DNA from: Oligoflexia bacterium
Lineage (GTDB): Bacteria > Bdellovibrionota > UBA1018 > CAIMNF01
Length of the DNA: 64,000 nt
Direction: 5' to 3'
Assembly: GCA_903845155.1 (NCBI GenBank)
Contig: CAIMWN010000266.1
Location: 3,517 to 67,516 of the forward strand
In this document: piece by piece, positions 9,799 through 18,521 of the stretch
Position numbering within the stretch: the stretch's first letter is position 1
How the letters are laid out: every line of letters begins with the position of its first letter
Notes under the pieces: model-generated
Seen by the model: the letters and a program-made list of their open reading frames with translations, nothing else
Database searches by the model: none
What the model was told of the DNA's origin: nothing
Made by a program: the position numbers and the translations under genes

Positions 9799-12208
9799 AT
9801 TGAAATCGATAAAACATCGGTTTATGATTGTTCCGCAAGTCCTTTTTGTGGTTTTTTCGGTGTTAATATTACTGTTTACGTTGATTAGGCATGATATTCA
9901 AATCGAGAAAACGAAAGCTCTTTGGTCAAAGGTGGAGCAATGGTCTCCAAATGTTTTGAGTTCTCAATTCCGTGGACCCGCCCAAAACCTTCCTCGTTGT
10001 TTCATGGATCGTATCAAACCAGACTATCTCAAGTCCGAAATTGCCCGGATGGAATCTCAATACCCGGCAGCCGCGAAAACAGCATTTCAGCATGGTGTTC
10101 TTTCCCTGACGGGATTGTCTGAACCCGCTTTATCCATACTTAAAGATAAAACGATGTTAGATGATAAAGTTCAGCAAAGTTGGATCACCTCAGACCCAAG
10201 GCAAAAAGACTGCCACGATTTTCCCTGTATAATCAATGCACTCTACCCTCGGGCAAGTGATGAGGGAGACCTGAGCTATTGGTTTTATCTCAAAACCGGC
10301 TACTTCATGTCGGCGCAAAATTTTCACTATTGGTATGACGATGGTAAGTCAAGCATCCTCACTCCTCCTGGGTATACTCTTGAGCAATACCTGTTTAGTG
10401 AAAGCGAATGGAAGGCCTGGTGGTTGGTTGCGAATAGCCTTCCTAAAGCAATGTTGCATATGACAGCACTCAATAGTATTCATCGTCTGCCGAGAGGGTA
10501 CCTTCCTGAAAGTTGGAAACTGAGCGAAATTGAGAGTACTTGTGGTATCTCGGTGGGAAATTGGGGCAGAGGAGTGGTCCTTCTCCAGGATAAGTGTTTG
10601 AGTCTCGATTCGAAAAACATATTTGACACCCAAGCCGCATTTTATCCCTCGACCACCCACGAGATGGCTCATCGATTATCGGCGTGGAATTTTGCGAAAG
10701 ACAAAAAGCCCGCGCGTGAAATGGAGGAAGATCCGACATTCCTAGCCGCCTCTGGGTGGACAAAGGAAGAACTCATTGAGGCAGCAGTGCCTGGTAAGAG
10801 TGAGAAGATAGTCACTATTCAGTGGAAATACGCTCAACCCGAAAGAGAGTTCATGTCCGATTATGCACGAACGAACCCGGCCGAAGATTTTGCAGAGAGT
10901 GTGGGTTACTACCGGAATAGTCCCGAGCAGATGGCAGAAAAAGCGCCGCTTAAATATGCCTTTTTAAAAGATAAAGTCTTTTCGCATCTTGGATATTCGA
11001 GCGACGATTTAAAAATGCAATATGTGAAGGACGTAAAGAAAAATTTAATGGATCAGGTAGATGTTTGGGTAAAGCCTTGCACCAATCCACTTCCGTCCGC
11101 CTTGACTCCTGCACCTCACCAGACTCAGATCGCACTCGCCGCCCCACAAATTAAGATGGATATTCCCGTTAACGAAGAAGTGAAATCATGTTTGAGAAGT
11201 CAAATGATTACACAGATCGGAATAGCTCTGGATCAAATTCGATACCAAGAGCCCGAAGGTTGTCAGACGATAGATTCGCATGAAAAAGAAATCCTACAAT
11301 CGATCGTCAATCAAGAAGTTCCTGAGGTGGTTCAATACCTAAAGGGCGATGATCAGATTACGGGCTTGATCGCGGGTGTTCAAGAATTCCGAAAAGCATT
11401 GGGCAGTGATTTTGATGGAAGAGGAGCGATTTTAATGTGCTGGCAGGCTACCGACCCAGCACAATGTTACTCCGATAAATCGGAATTGGAATATGAGCGA
11501 GTGTTTCAAAAAAATAAAACCTTACTTTCCACTACAACGCTTTCATCCGCCATCGTACTAGAAGCTGAGAAAGTTCATTTTTTGGAGGCTAACGATTACG
11601 ACACGACACTCGAAAAAGTAGTCAACTTCTACAATTCTATTTATGCGCCCTACGAGGATCAACTGACAAAAGACACGCGCGAGCTTTGGTTGAGCTGCAT
11701 GCATGAAACTAAGAGAAGTGATTCTTTTATCCCTCTCCTTGCGCCCTACAATGCAGGAAACGAGTATGTAGCCCCTGAAGTCATTCAATGTTTGAACGAT
11801 AAAATACCTGGCGAACTCACCTCACTGCGAGCACTTGCGGGGTCAAGCTTTGGTATTGCCGTGAAAACCAATGATGCAAAAAATTGGATTAACACTCGAA
11901 TTCTTTTTCCAAAAATGAAAGCACTTCTGGATGCTAGCCTCATTGATGCAGAACAAACAGAAGTTCAAGTGCTTGAGCAGACGAAGAAGGAAATTATGGA
12001 CCGGGTGGTAGAAAACTTAGTTCAAGATCGTTCTTGGCGCACGAATGCCAATCAAACTGTTAACGCTTGCCAGCCCACGGCTTTAGCGAAATTGAATCTT
12101 GAATTTAGCCAATATATTTATCGATTTACGAGCATGGGTCCGGTACTGGCAGATTTAGTCGATGTGGTTTGCAAGCGCGTGAATGCCCGGATTTATACTC
12201 ATTTGTAA
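9785..12208 (+). CDS. membrane-anchored large protein with HExxH motif (putative zinc metallo-domain), unknown function
   Basis: N-terminal TM (VPQVLFVVFSVLILLFTLI). TTHEMAHRL HExxH motif. Many Cys. 807 aa. Confidence 0.5.
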   Translation: MKHHKLKSIKHRFMIVPQVLFVVFSVLILLFTLIRHDIQIEKTKALWSKVEQWSPNVLSSQFRGPAQNLPRCFMDRIKPDYLKSEIARMESQYPAAAKTAFQHGVLSLTGLSEPALSILKDKTMLDDKVQQSWITSDPRQKDCHDFPCIINALYPRASDEGDLSYWFYLKTGYFMSAQNFHYWYDDGKSSILTPPGYTLEQYLFSESEWKAWWLVANSLPKAMLHMTALNSIHRLPRGYLPESWKLSEIESTCGISVGNWGRGVVLLQDKCLSLDSKNIFDTQAAFYPSTTHEMAHRLSAWNFAKDKKPAREMEEDPTFLAASGWTKEELIEAAVPGKSEKIVTIQWKYAQPEREFMSDYARTNPAEDFAESVGYYRNSPEQMAEKAPLKYAFLKDKVFSHLGYSSDDLKMQYVKDVKKNLMDQVDVWVKPCTNPLPSALTPAPHQTQIALAAPQIKMDIPVNEEVKSCLRSQMITQIGIALDQIRYQEPEGCQTIDSHEKEILQSIVNQEVPEVVQYLKGDDQITGLIAGVQEFRKALGSDFDGRGAILMCWQATDPAQCYSDKSELEYERVFQKNKTLLSTTTLSSAIVLEAEKVHFLEANDYDTTLEKVVNFYNSIYAPYEDQLTKDTRELWLSCMHETKRSDSFIPLLAPYNAGNEYVAPEVIQCLNDKIPGELTSLRALAGSSFGIAVKTNDAKNWINTRILFPKMKALLDASLIDAEQTEVQVLEQTKKEIMDRVVENLVQDRSWRTNANQTVNACQPTALAKLNLEFSQYIYRFTSMGPVLADLVDVVCKRVNARIYTHL

Positions 12209-12635
12209 AATGCAGACTGGTAATTCTCTTTTCTGGAAATAATGGCAAGTATTTCCGTGAGAATTTTGTGTTAGGCAGAGGGTTGATTGATCTCCTGTAC
12301 CCCAACCACAATAATTTCTCCTGCACTATCTTCTTCGTAGATCCGTCGATATGATCGATTGATTCTGATTGATCGCTGTCCGCTCATTTTGATGTACTGT
12401 ATTTATAAGTACATTGTAATTGAGAAAATCCCCTGTATTGTTGCGCGGCTATTTCCTGTTGAATGCATTTGGCTTCAACCTCCGCGGTCCACTGTCAAAA
12501 ATTCGTCGTTTTTGTCCAATTTTTTATAAATTAAAGCTGTGTCCTGAAATACCCGAAGAGTGAATAGGAGCAAGGAAGCACCTTAATATAGGCCCACGGA
12601 TGTGCCGGAACTTCGTCTATATGGAGGGACGGACC

Positions 12636-13061
12636 ATGACTAAAATGAATTTTAAACCAGTGCATTACCTTGCCATTGTGTTTTCGCTATTCACCTTTAT
12701 TTCTTCAGTCTTTTATTCAAAAGCGGTGGCGGAGGAATCAAACGTTTATCAGGTTTATCGATCGATTGATTTGGGTGAAACCGACGTAGCACCCCCCAAA
12801 GATATTTTTATTAGTATGGGAACTTCAGAAGGCATCAAAAAGGGATCGATCCTGGATGTTTATCGACGAGTTTCTAGCTTCGATAATCTCACGCAAAAAC
12901 ATATGGGCGATCATATGATTCCTGTTGGCCGAATTAAAGTCATTCATGTAGATGAGAAAACAGCGATTGCAAGAGCGGATCGTTTTGTGTCAATCGATCA
13001 AGAGCCAGCGTTGCTGCCGCAAGCAGTGATGATTGGTGATGTAGTTCGCAAATCGGAGTAA
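12636..13061 (+). CDS. secreted hypothetical protein
   Basis: GGAGGGA Shine-Dalgarno sequence 6 nt before the ATG at 12636. Signal peptide MTKMNFKPVHYLAIVFSLFTFISSVFYSKAVA. Confidence 0.45.
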   Translation: MTKMNFKPVHYLAIVFSLFTFISSVFYSKAVAEESNVYQVYRSIDLGETDVAPPKDIFISMGTSEGIKKGSILDVYRRVSSFDNLTQKHMGDHMIPVGRIKVIHVDEKTAIARADRFVSIDQEPALLPQAVMIGDVVRKSE

Positions 13062-13269
13062 CCCCGAAAGGTAATCTCCCCACTTTTTAAATTATTTTCT
13101 TGGGGTCGCCCATCCCTGGGCTTTCTTACGATCTCATCCTGATTCATATCCCCAATAAAATGCTTTAAACCGTGGGGAGCTTACCTGCCATTGCGAATAC
13201 CGTTGAGTGGCGAAGGTAAGTAATCGAAATTTTAATTTTCATTTGTTCGCCCTCGTCATTCATTTAATT

Positions 13270-13665
13270 TTACGACTGCAACTGCGGTTGAACTTCAGTC
13301 GCAGGGTCAGACTCTGCTGCAAACGTCGCTGGGGCGATGACTACTTTTTGTTGCATCATCGTCACCTTATCTGCGTGGACTTCATGCATGTAATTTACGT
13401 GTCCGTCTTTATCTTCGTACTTTCTGGTTTTATATCTGCCCTCGACAAAAGTGGTGCTGCCTTTTTTTAAAATTTTAACACAACGTTCTGCAGTTTTCCC
13501 CCAAACCACTACTCGGTGCCAGGTAGTTTCACTCTCGTCTCTCGATTTTATATAATTTTCAGTAGCTAAATTAAATGTCGTAAATGAGATCTCATTTTGG
13601 GTTTTTTTCAATTCAGGATCCATTCCTAAACGGCCTAACAGTAGTACACGGTTTACATCTCGCAT
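13270..13665 (-). CDS. ssb: single-stranded DNA-binding protein (atypical C-terminus)
   Basis: OB-fold SSB signature: RVLLLGRLGMDPE...TWHRVVVWGKTAE...KGS..FVEGR. The start was placed at MRDVNRV. There is no DDDIPF tail. Confidence 0.75.
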   Translation of the reverse strand: MRDVNRVLLLGRLGMDPELKKTQNEISFTTFNLATENYIKSRDESETTWHRVVVWGKTAERCVKILKKGSTTFVEGRYKTRKYEDKDGHVNYMHEVHADKVTMMQQKVVIAPATFAAESDPATEVQPQLQS

Positions 13666-13825
13666 GCTTATTCCTTTCAAGGGGGTTACTACGAACAATC
13701 ACTTGCTCGTAGACATTATCCCTGCGATTCTTGTGCCAATGGCGAATTTACTGAAAACGAATCTTCATCCTGGTTTTGGTTTGGGCGGCGAATTCGCTCG
13801 CACGCTCAACGAAACGGTCACGCCT

Positions 13826-14905
13826 ATGTTTAAAATGGGGACCGATGAATATTGGATGGAGCAGGCCCTTCAAATTGCAATGAATGCGGTAGGATGGAGT
13901 GCCCCCAATCCCTCGGTGGGGTGTGTGATTGTAAAAAACAATCAAGCGCTAGCGAGTGGTTTTACTCAGGCGTTTCGACATGAACACGCAGAACGGATGG
14001 CCTTCAACGAAATCTCATCTTTAGAACTATTAAAGGGGGCAACCGTGTTCGTGACTCTTGAGCCTTGTACACATTTCGGATCACAACCACCTTGTGTAGA
14101 TCTTTTAGTGAACTCTCCTATTGAGCGTGTGGTGATTGCTTGTGTTGATCCAGACTCACGAGTGAATGGAAGCGGCGTTGAGAAATTAAAATTAGCTGGA
14201 AAAAAAGTTACGCTGGGCGTTTTACAAAAAGAAGCGAGTGCTTGGCATTTTCCTTTTTTACGAAATCGAGTCACAGGAAAGCCGGTCTGGATTGGAAAGT
14301 GGGCGCAAACCCCGGACGGGTATCTCGCGAATAGTGAAGGCGAGTCCAAATGGATCACTAACGTAAAATCGAGAGCCTACACGCATTGGCTCAGGCAAAA
14401 GTATGATGCTATTTTGGTGGGCGCCGAAACCTGGATCAAAGACGAACCGCAACTCACGGTTCGCGACTGCGCTTTGCCGCATCGTCGCAACCCCAAGCGA
14501 CTAGTGTTCGATCCAAGTGGCAAGGTTCACCAGGGCGATTTTAAAAACACCTTGGTTTTTACTTGCATCGATCGCCTCGCAAAAGACTCCGATCCGAGAA
14601 TTTGGATTCCGATTCAGGCAACTCGTGAGTCTCCTACATTGCTAAATGAGTTCAAACGGGCCGTGGAGTCCGCGCCATCCATCCAACCCCTTCAAAGCGT
14701 TTTTTGCGAGGGAGGGGCTCAGTTGCTTAATCTTTTGATACAAAGCGACATGCTGGATGCTATTCATATTTTCACTGGTCAAAAAAAATGGGCGCAAAAT
14801 CTGGACCGATACCGTGTCCAAATTGCCCTCCAAGAAAAATGGTATTTAGAAGCCCAACATTATTTTGACGATGATTACTTGCAGGAATGGGTAAAGTACT
14901 TGTAG
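13826..14905 (+). CDS. ribD: bifunctional diaminohydroxyphosphoribosylaminopyrimidine deaminase / 5-amino-6-(5-phosphoribosylamino)uracil reductase
   Basis: CMP/dCMP deaminase zinc motifs HAERMAF...LEPCTHFGSQPPC. C-terminal RibD reductase domain. The ORF is open from 13664, but an internal Met is the likelier start. Confidence 0.8.
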   Translation: MFKMGTDEYWMEQALQIAMNAVGWSAPNPSVGCVIVKNNQALASGFTQAFRHEHAERMAFNEISSLELLKGATVFVTLEPCTHFGSQPPCVDLLVNSPIERVVIACVDPDSRVNGSGVEKLKLAGKKVTLGVLQKEASAWHFPFLRNRVTGKPVWIGKWAQTPDGYLANSEGESKWITNVKSRAYTHWLRQKYDAILVGAETWIKDEPQLTVRDCALPHRRNPKRLVFDPSGKVHQGDFKNTLVFTCIDRLAKDSDPRIWIPIQATRESPTLLNEFKRAVESAPSIQPLQSVFCEGGAQLLNLLIQSDMLDAIHIFTGQKKWAQNLDRYRVQIALQEKWYLEAQHYFDDDYLQEWVKYL

Positions 14906-14938
14906 AATGGGTTTAATCATCATCGAAGGAGATTCACT

Positions 14939-15427
14939 ATGAAAAATTTATTAGCAGTACTCATGATCAGTGCTTTATCACTTACCAGCGCGTGTTCTAA
15001 AAAAGGACAACAAAAACCTGAAGAGAGCACTCTTCCCACCGCAGCCAATGCGGATGAGAATATGAATGGTGATTCTGATTCAGGCAAAGCAATGGGACTT
15101 CAAACCATTCATTTCGCATATGATAACTTCACCCTAGATAGCGAAGCAAAGGCAATCCTGAGTGGAAATGCAAAAATACTTAAAGACAAAGCTTCACTTA
15201 AGATTCAAGTGGAAGGTCATTGCGATGCTCGCGGCGGAATTCAATACAATTTGGGTCTTGGCGAAAAACGAGCGAATTCAGTGAAGAAATTTCTTGCTGA
15301 CCAAGGTATCAAAGGTGATCGCGTTATGGTGATTAGCTTCGGAAAAGAAAAACTTCTAGATAATGGCGACAGTGAAGCGGCTAATGCTAAAAACCGTAGA
15401 GCGAACTTTGTCGTTACATCGCGTTAA
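14939..15427 (+). CDS. pal: peptidoglycan-associated lipoprotein (OmpA C-terminal domain)
   Basis: Lipobox LTSAC. OmpA-like motif HCDARGG..YNLGLGEKRANSV...NRRANF. Confidence 0.85.
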   Translation: MKNLLAVLMISALSLTSACSKKGQQKPEESTLPTAANADENMNGDSDSGKAMGLQTIHFAYDNFTLDSEAKAILSGNAKILKDKASLKIQVEGHCDARGGIQYNLGLGEKRANSVKKFLADQGIKGDRVMVISFGKEKLLDNGDSEAANAKNRRANFVVTSR

Positions 15428-15836
15428 GACTTATTCTCTTGTAGCGCTTTATTTTGTAAACGCCTTTGCAGGTTGTACCATCACTGCTGTCAGACCTGCC
15501 CAAGAAATGTCCAATATGGAAGTTGCCTTACGCGCCGCTAAAGAAGTGAACGCGGATGTGCTGGCGCCTGAATTGTACCGAATGGGCTTAGAAAGCGGGA
15601 TGGCCGCAAGGCGAGAATATCGTTTCAAGAACTTCTTTCAAGCAAAACAAAGTGCGGATCAGGCTCGTAATTTTGCGGAGCGCGCTGAATTTGAAGCGAT
15701 TCGAAATGGCGGAAAACGTGAAGCAATTCCTCAAGATCCTCTAGCGGAACCTTCCTATCCAGAGCAGCCCACCGGTACTCCCAATCCAGATGCAAAAACG
15801 AATACAACCGCGCCTAGCAATGGAACTAAAAAATAG
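15384..15836 (+). CDS. small putative lipoprotein, Pro-rich C-terminus
   Basis: Internal Met gives MLKTVERTLSLHRVKTYSLVALYFVNAFAGC, a lipobox-like signal. Overlaps the pal 3' end by 44 nt, so the start is uncertain. Confidence 0.35.
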   Translation: MLKTVERTLSLHRVKTYSLVALYFVNAFAGCTITAVRPAQEMSNMEVALRAAKEVNADVLAPELYRMGLESGMAARREYRFKNFFQAKQSADQARNFAERAEFEAIRNGGKREAIPQDPLAEPSYPEQPTGTPNPDAKTNTTAPSNGTKK

Positions 15837-15898
15837 TTTTTAGGCCTATTTTCACAAATTTATTGTAGGGATAGCCTCGATTTGAGAGGATCTGCACC

Positions 15899-16669
15899 AT
15901 GCACAACCTTTTCAATATTCTCTACATTTCAGGCCTATTGCTCCTTTTAAATGCATGTGTCACTACTCGCTCTGAGTTGAATGAACGTGGTGCAAGTAAT
16001 GGTTTTAATACGGCACCGAGTACTTCAGTTAAAAGTGAAGCGATTCATGCCGATAATCAAGCGACGGTAGAATCACCTAAGGTAGTTCAATCGGCAGCTC
16101 CCGCAGTGGCGGCAAACCAGCAGGGAAGTTACCAAGTAGATGAACTTCGGGCACAGGTCGCGGAGCTGACCGGCAAGGTTGAAGAGCTTCAGCATGATCA
16201 GGGAGTAAAGGACGCGGCACATTCCGAAGAAACTAAATTGCTACAAGCGAAAATTGAGATTCTTGAGAAAAAATTAAAAGCAAATGAGGGTCCAGCACTT
16301 CCTGAGGGAAAAGATTCATTCGAAGCTGGAAAGGACGCTTATTTTTCTGGTCATTACGCAGAGGCAGTTGAGTTTTTAGATGCCTATCTCAAAACAGAGA
16401 ATCCAAAATCTCTTGAAGAAGCCACTTATATTCGTGGTGAATCTCACTTTCAACTGAAAAACTATAAAAAAGCGATCGTCGATTTTTCTACTTTTCCTGA
16501 AAAGTTTCAAAAATCTTCCTATCACCCCAAAGCACTTCTACGTATTTCAGAATCGTTTGAACAAATGGGAAGAAAGGAAGACGCGAAAGCGTTTTACTCT
16601 GACCTCGTTGAGAAATTTCCAAAAACAGCAGAAGGAAAACTCGCCAAGAAGCGTCTGAATAAAAAATGA
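15899..16669 (+). CDS. cpoB: Tol-Pal system protein CpoB/YbgF-like (coiled coil + TPR)
   Basis: Lipobox LLNAC. Coiled coil (LRAQVAELTGKVEELQ) followed by TPR-like repeats. Lies downstream of pal. Confidence 0.65.
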   Translation: MHNLFNILYISGLLLLLNACVTTRSELNERGASNGFNTAPSTSVKSEAIHADNQATVESPKVVQSAAPAVAANQQGSYQVDELRAQVAELTGKVEELQHDQGVKDAAHSEETKLLQAKIEILEKKLKANEGPALPEGKDSFEAGKDAYFSGHYAEAVEFLDAYLKTENPKSLEEATYIRGESHFQLKNYKKAIVDFSTFPEKFQKSSYHPKALLRISESFEQMGRKEDAKAFYSDLVEKFPKTAEGKLAKKRLNKK

Positions 16670-17724
16670 GTATTATTTTAGGAATCGAAACATCTTGCGA
16701 TGAGTGTAGTGCTTCGGTTCTGCTTCATGAGGGCAATTCATTTAGGCCATTGAGCGTAAGCACCTATTCTCAAATTGAACTGCATCAGCCCTTTGGTGGG
16801 GTAGTACCAGAAGTAGCATCGCGAAACCATCTTGAGCAAATACAGCCTGTAATTGAAGATGCCCTCAAAAAAGCGGGCGTAGAGGTTGTTAATTGTGATG
16901 CGATCGCAGTGACGAATCGCCCTGGCCTCATTGGGGCATTGTTGGTGGGAGTGACTGCTGCCAAAGCACTTGCTTATGCGAGTCGAAAGCCGCTGATTCC
17001 GGTGCATCACTTAGAGGGGCATCTCATGAGTGCTTTTCTCTCTAGCGCTACTGGTGAATCGAAAAAAATTGAATTCCCAGCGATATTTTTGATGGTTTCA
17101 GGTGGTCACACCCATTTGCATTATATAGAAGAATCACCACTTCAGTGGCCGAGCGAGATGCTGAAAACCTCACTGATTGGCAGATCAATCGACGATGCTG
17201 CAGGCGAGGCTTTTGATAAGACCGGTAAAATTTTAGGCTTTCCTTATCCTGGTGGTAAATGGATCGACGAATATGCGCAAAAAGGGAACCGAGCAGCTTT
17301 TGAGCTTCCCCGCGGGCTCAAGCAAAAAGATTCATACGATTTTTCATTTAGCGGACTCAAGACCGCTGTGCTCTTACTCACAAAGCGCTTGCAGGCTGAA
17401 GGTTCAATTGAAAGTAAACTTCCTGATTTATGTGCAAGCGTGCAAGAAGCCATTATCGATCCTCTCATTAGGAAATCACTTTTGCTCGCCCGTGAAAAAA
17501 AGGCTAAATCGTTGGTGGTGGTGGGTGGGGTAGCCGCAAATTCACGACTCCGCATGCGATTAAAAGCGGAGTCGCCGATTCCCGTGATTTATCCAGACCT
17601 CCAATATTGCACTGACAACGCAGCCATGATTGCAGCGGCTGGCGCTGTGAGATTTTCACAGGGACAGGGGCTCCGGGTCGAGCAATTTCTTAAACTCAAC
17701 GCCTTTGCAAATGCAGGAAGCTAA
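16666..17724 (+). CDS. tsaD: tRNA N6-adenosine threonylcarbamoyltransferase
   Basis: Kae1/Gcp family motifs GIETSCDE, HxxGH (VHHLEGHL) and SGGV. ATGA overlap with cpoB. Confidence 0.9.
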   Translation: MSIILGIETSCDECSASVLLHEGNSFRPLSVSTYSQIELHQPFGGVVPEVASRNHLEQIQPVIEDALKKAGVEVVNCDAIAVTNRPGLIGALLVGVTAAKALAYASRKPLIPVHHLEGHLMSAFLSSATGESKKIEFPAIFLMVSGGHTHLHYIEESPLQWPSEMLKTSLIGRSIDDAAGEAFDKTGKILGFPYPGGKWIDEYAQKGNRAAFELPRGLKQKDSYDFSFSGLKTAVLLLTKRLQAEGSIESKLPDLCASVQEAIIDPLIRKSLLLAREKKAKSLVVVGGVAANSRLRMRLKAESPIPVIYPDLQYCTDNAAMIAAAGAVRFSQGQGLRVEQFLKLNAFANAGS

Positions 17725-18521
17725 TGAAAAAATTCGATAAACAAAAAGCGTTCGGTCAACATTTTCTGCACGATCAAAAAGTAATTCAAGAAATTGTCAC
17801 GCACACGTTAACAGCAGTTCAAAATCATCCTGGTAGTTCATTGCTTGAGATCGGTCCCGGAAAAGGGGCAATCACCCGTCCCTTACTAGAGAAGCTCCCG
17901 CTTGATGTTTCATTTTATGTGGCAGAAAGAGATCGTGAGCTCATTGAATATTGGAAACCTGAATCCCGAATCACGAAACTCCTCGAAGGAGATTTTCTCG
18001 ATCAAACCGAAGCAGAACTTCGTTCGCTTGGGCCTCTCGTGGTCGTGTCTAACCTTCCCTATTCTGCCGGCACAGCGATCGTGGTGCAATTGTCGGAAAT
18101 GAGCGATCAAATTTCTGAAATGGTGCTGATGTTTCAAGCGGAAGTTGCAAAAAGGCTTTATTCAAAGAGTTCAACTCCTGATCGCGGTAGTTTATCTCTC
18201 TATATCCAAAATGAGTGGGAAGTGGAACGTTTGCTCGTAGTGAAGCCCGATGCTTTTAAGCCACCACCTAAAGTAATGTCGGAAGTCGTTCGCTTAAGAA
18301 GGCGGCCAGAGCCCATGATTTTGCTTGATACTGAAGACAAACGAACTGCATGGAATGATTTGTTGCGAAATGCTTTTAAGCATAGAAGAAAAATGATTAA
18401 AGGGAATTTTGCTGGGACTCGTTGGCAAGGTGCATTTGAAAAAAGTGGAGTGAGTCCTACCTTGCGGGCTGAGAGTTTAGAGTGGAATGACTGGATCCAA
18501 ATATGGAAACAAAACTTTTGA
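17724..18521 (+). CDS. rsmA: 16S rRNA (adenine1518/1519-N6)-dimethyltransferase
   Basis: KsgA motifs QHFL, LEIGPGKGAIT and the NLPY catalytic motif. TAATG overlap with tsaD. Confidence 0.85.
   Translation: MKKFDKQKAFGQHFLHDQKVIQEIVTHTLTAVQNHPGSSLLEIGPGKGAITRPLLEKLPLDVSFYVAERDRELIEYWKPESRITKLLEGDFLDQTEAELRSLGPLVVVSNLPYSAGTAIVVQLSEMSDQISEMVLMFQAEVAKRLYSKSSTPDRGSLSLYIQNEWEVERLLVVKPDAFKPPPKVMSEVVRLRRRPEPMILLDTEDKRTAWNDLLRNAFKHRRKMIKGNFAGTRWQGAFEKSGVSPTLRAESLEWNDWIQIWKQNF

Noticed and set aside
13666-13825. FMN riboswitch upstream of ribD
   Set aside because: No match to the conserved RFN core (GGxTCGGGGCAGGGTGAAATTCCC…). The region is mostly the ssb promoter and the ribD N-terminal extension frame.
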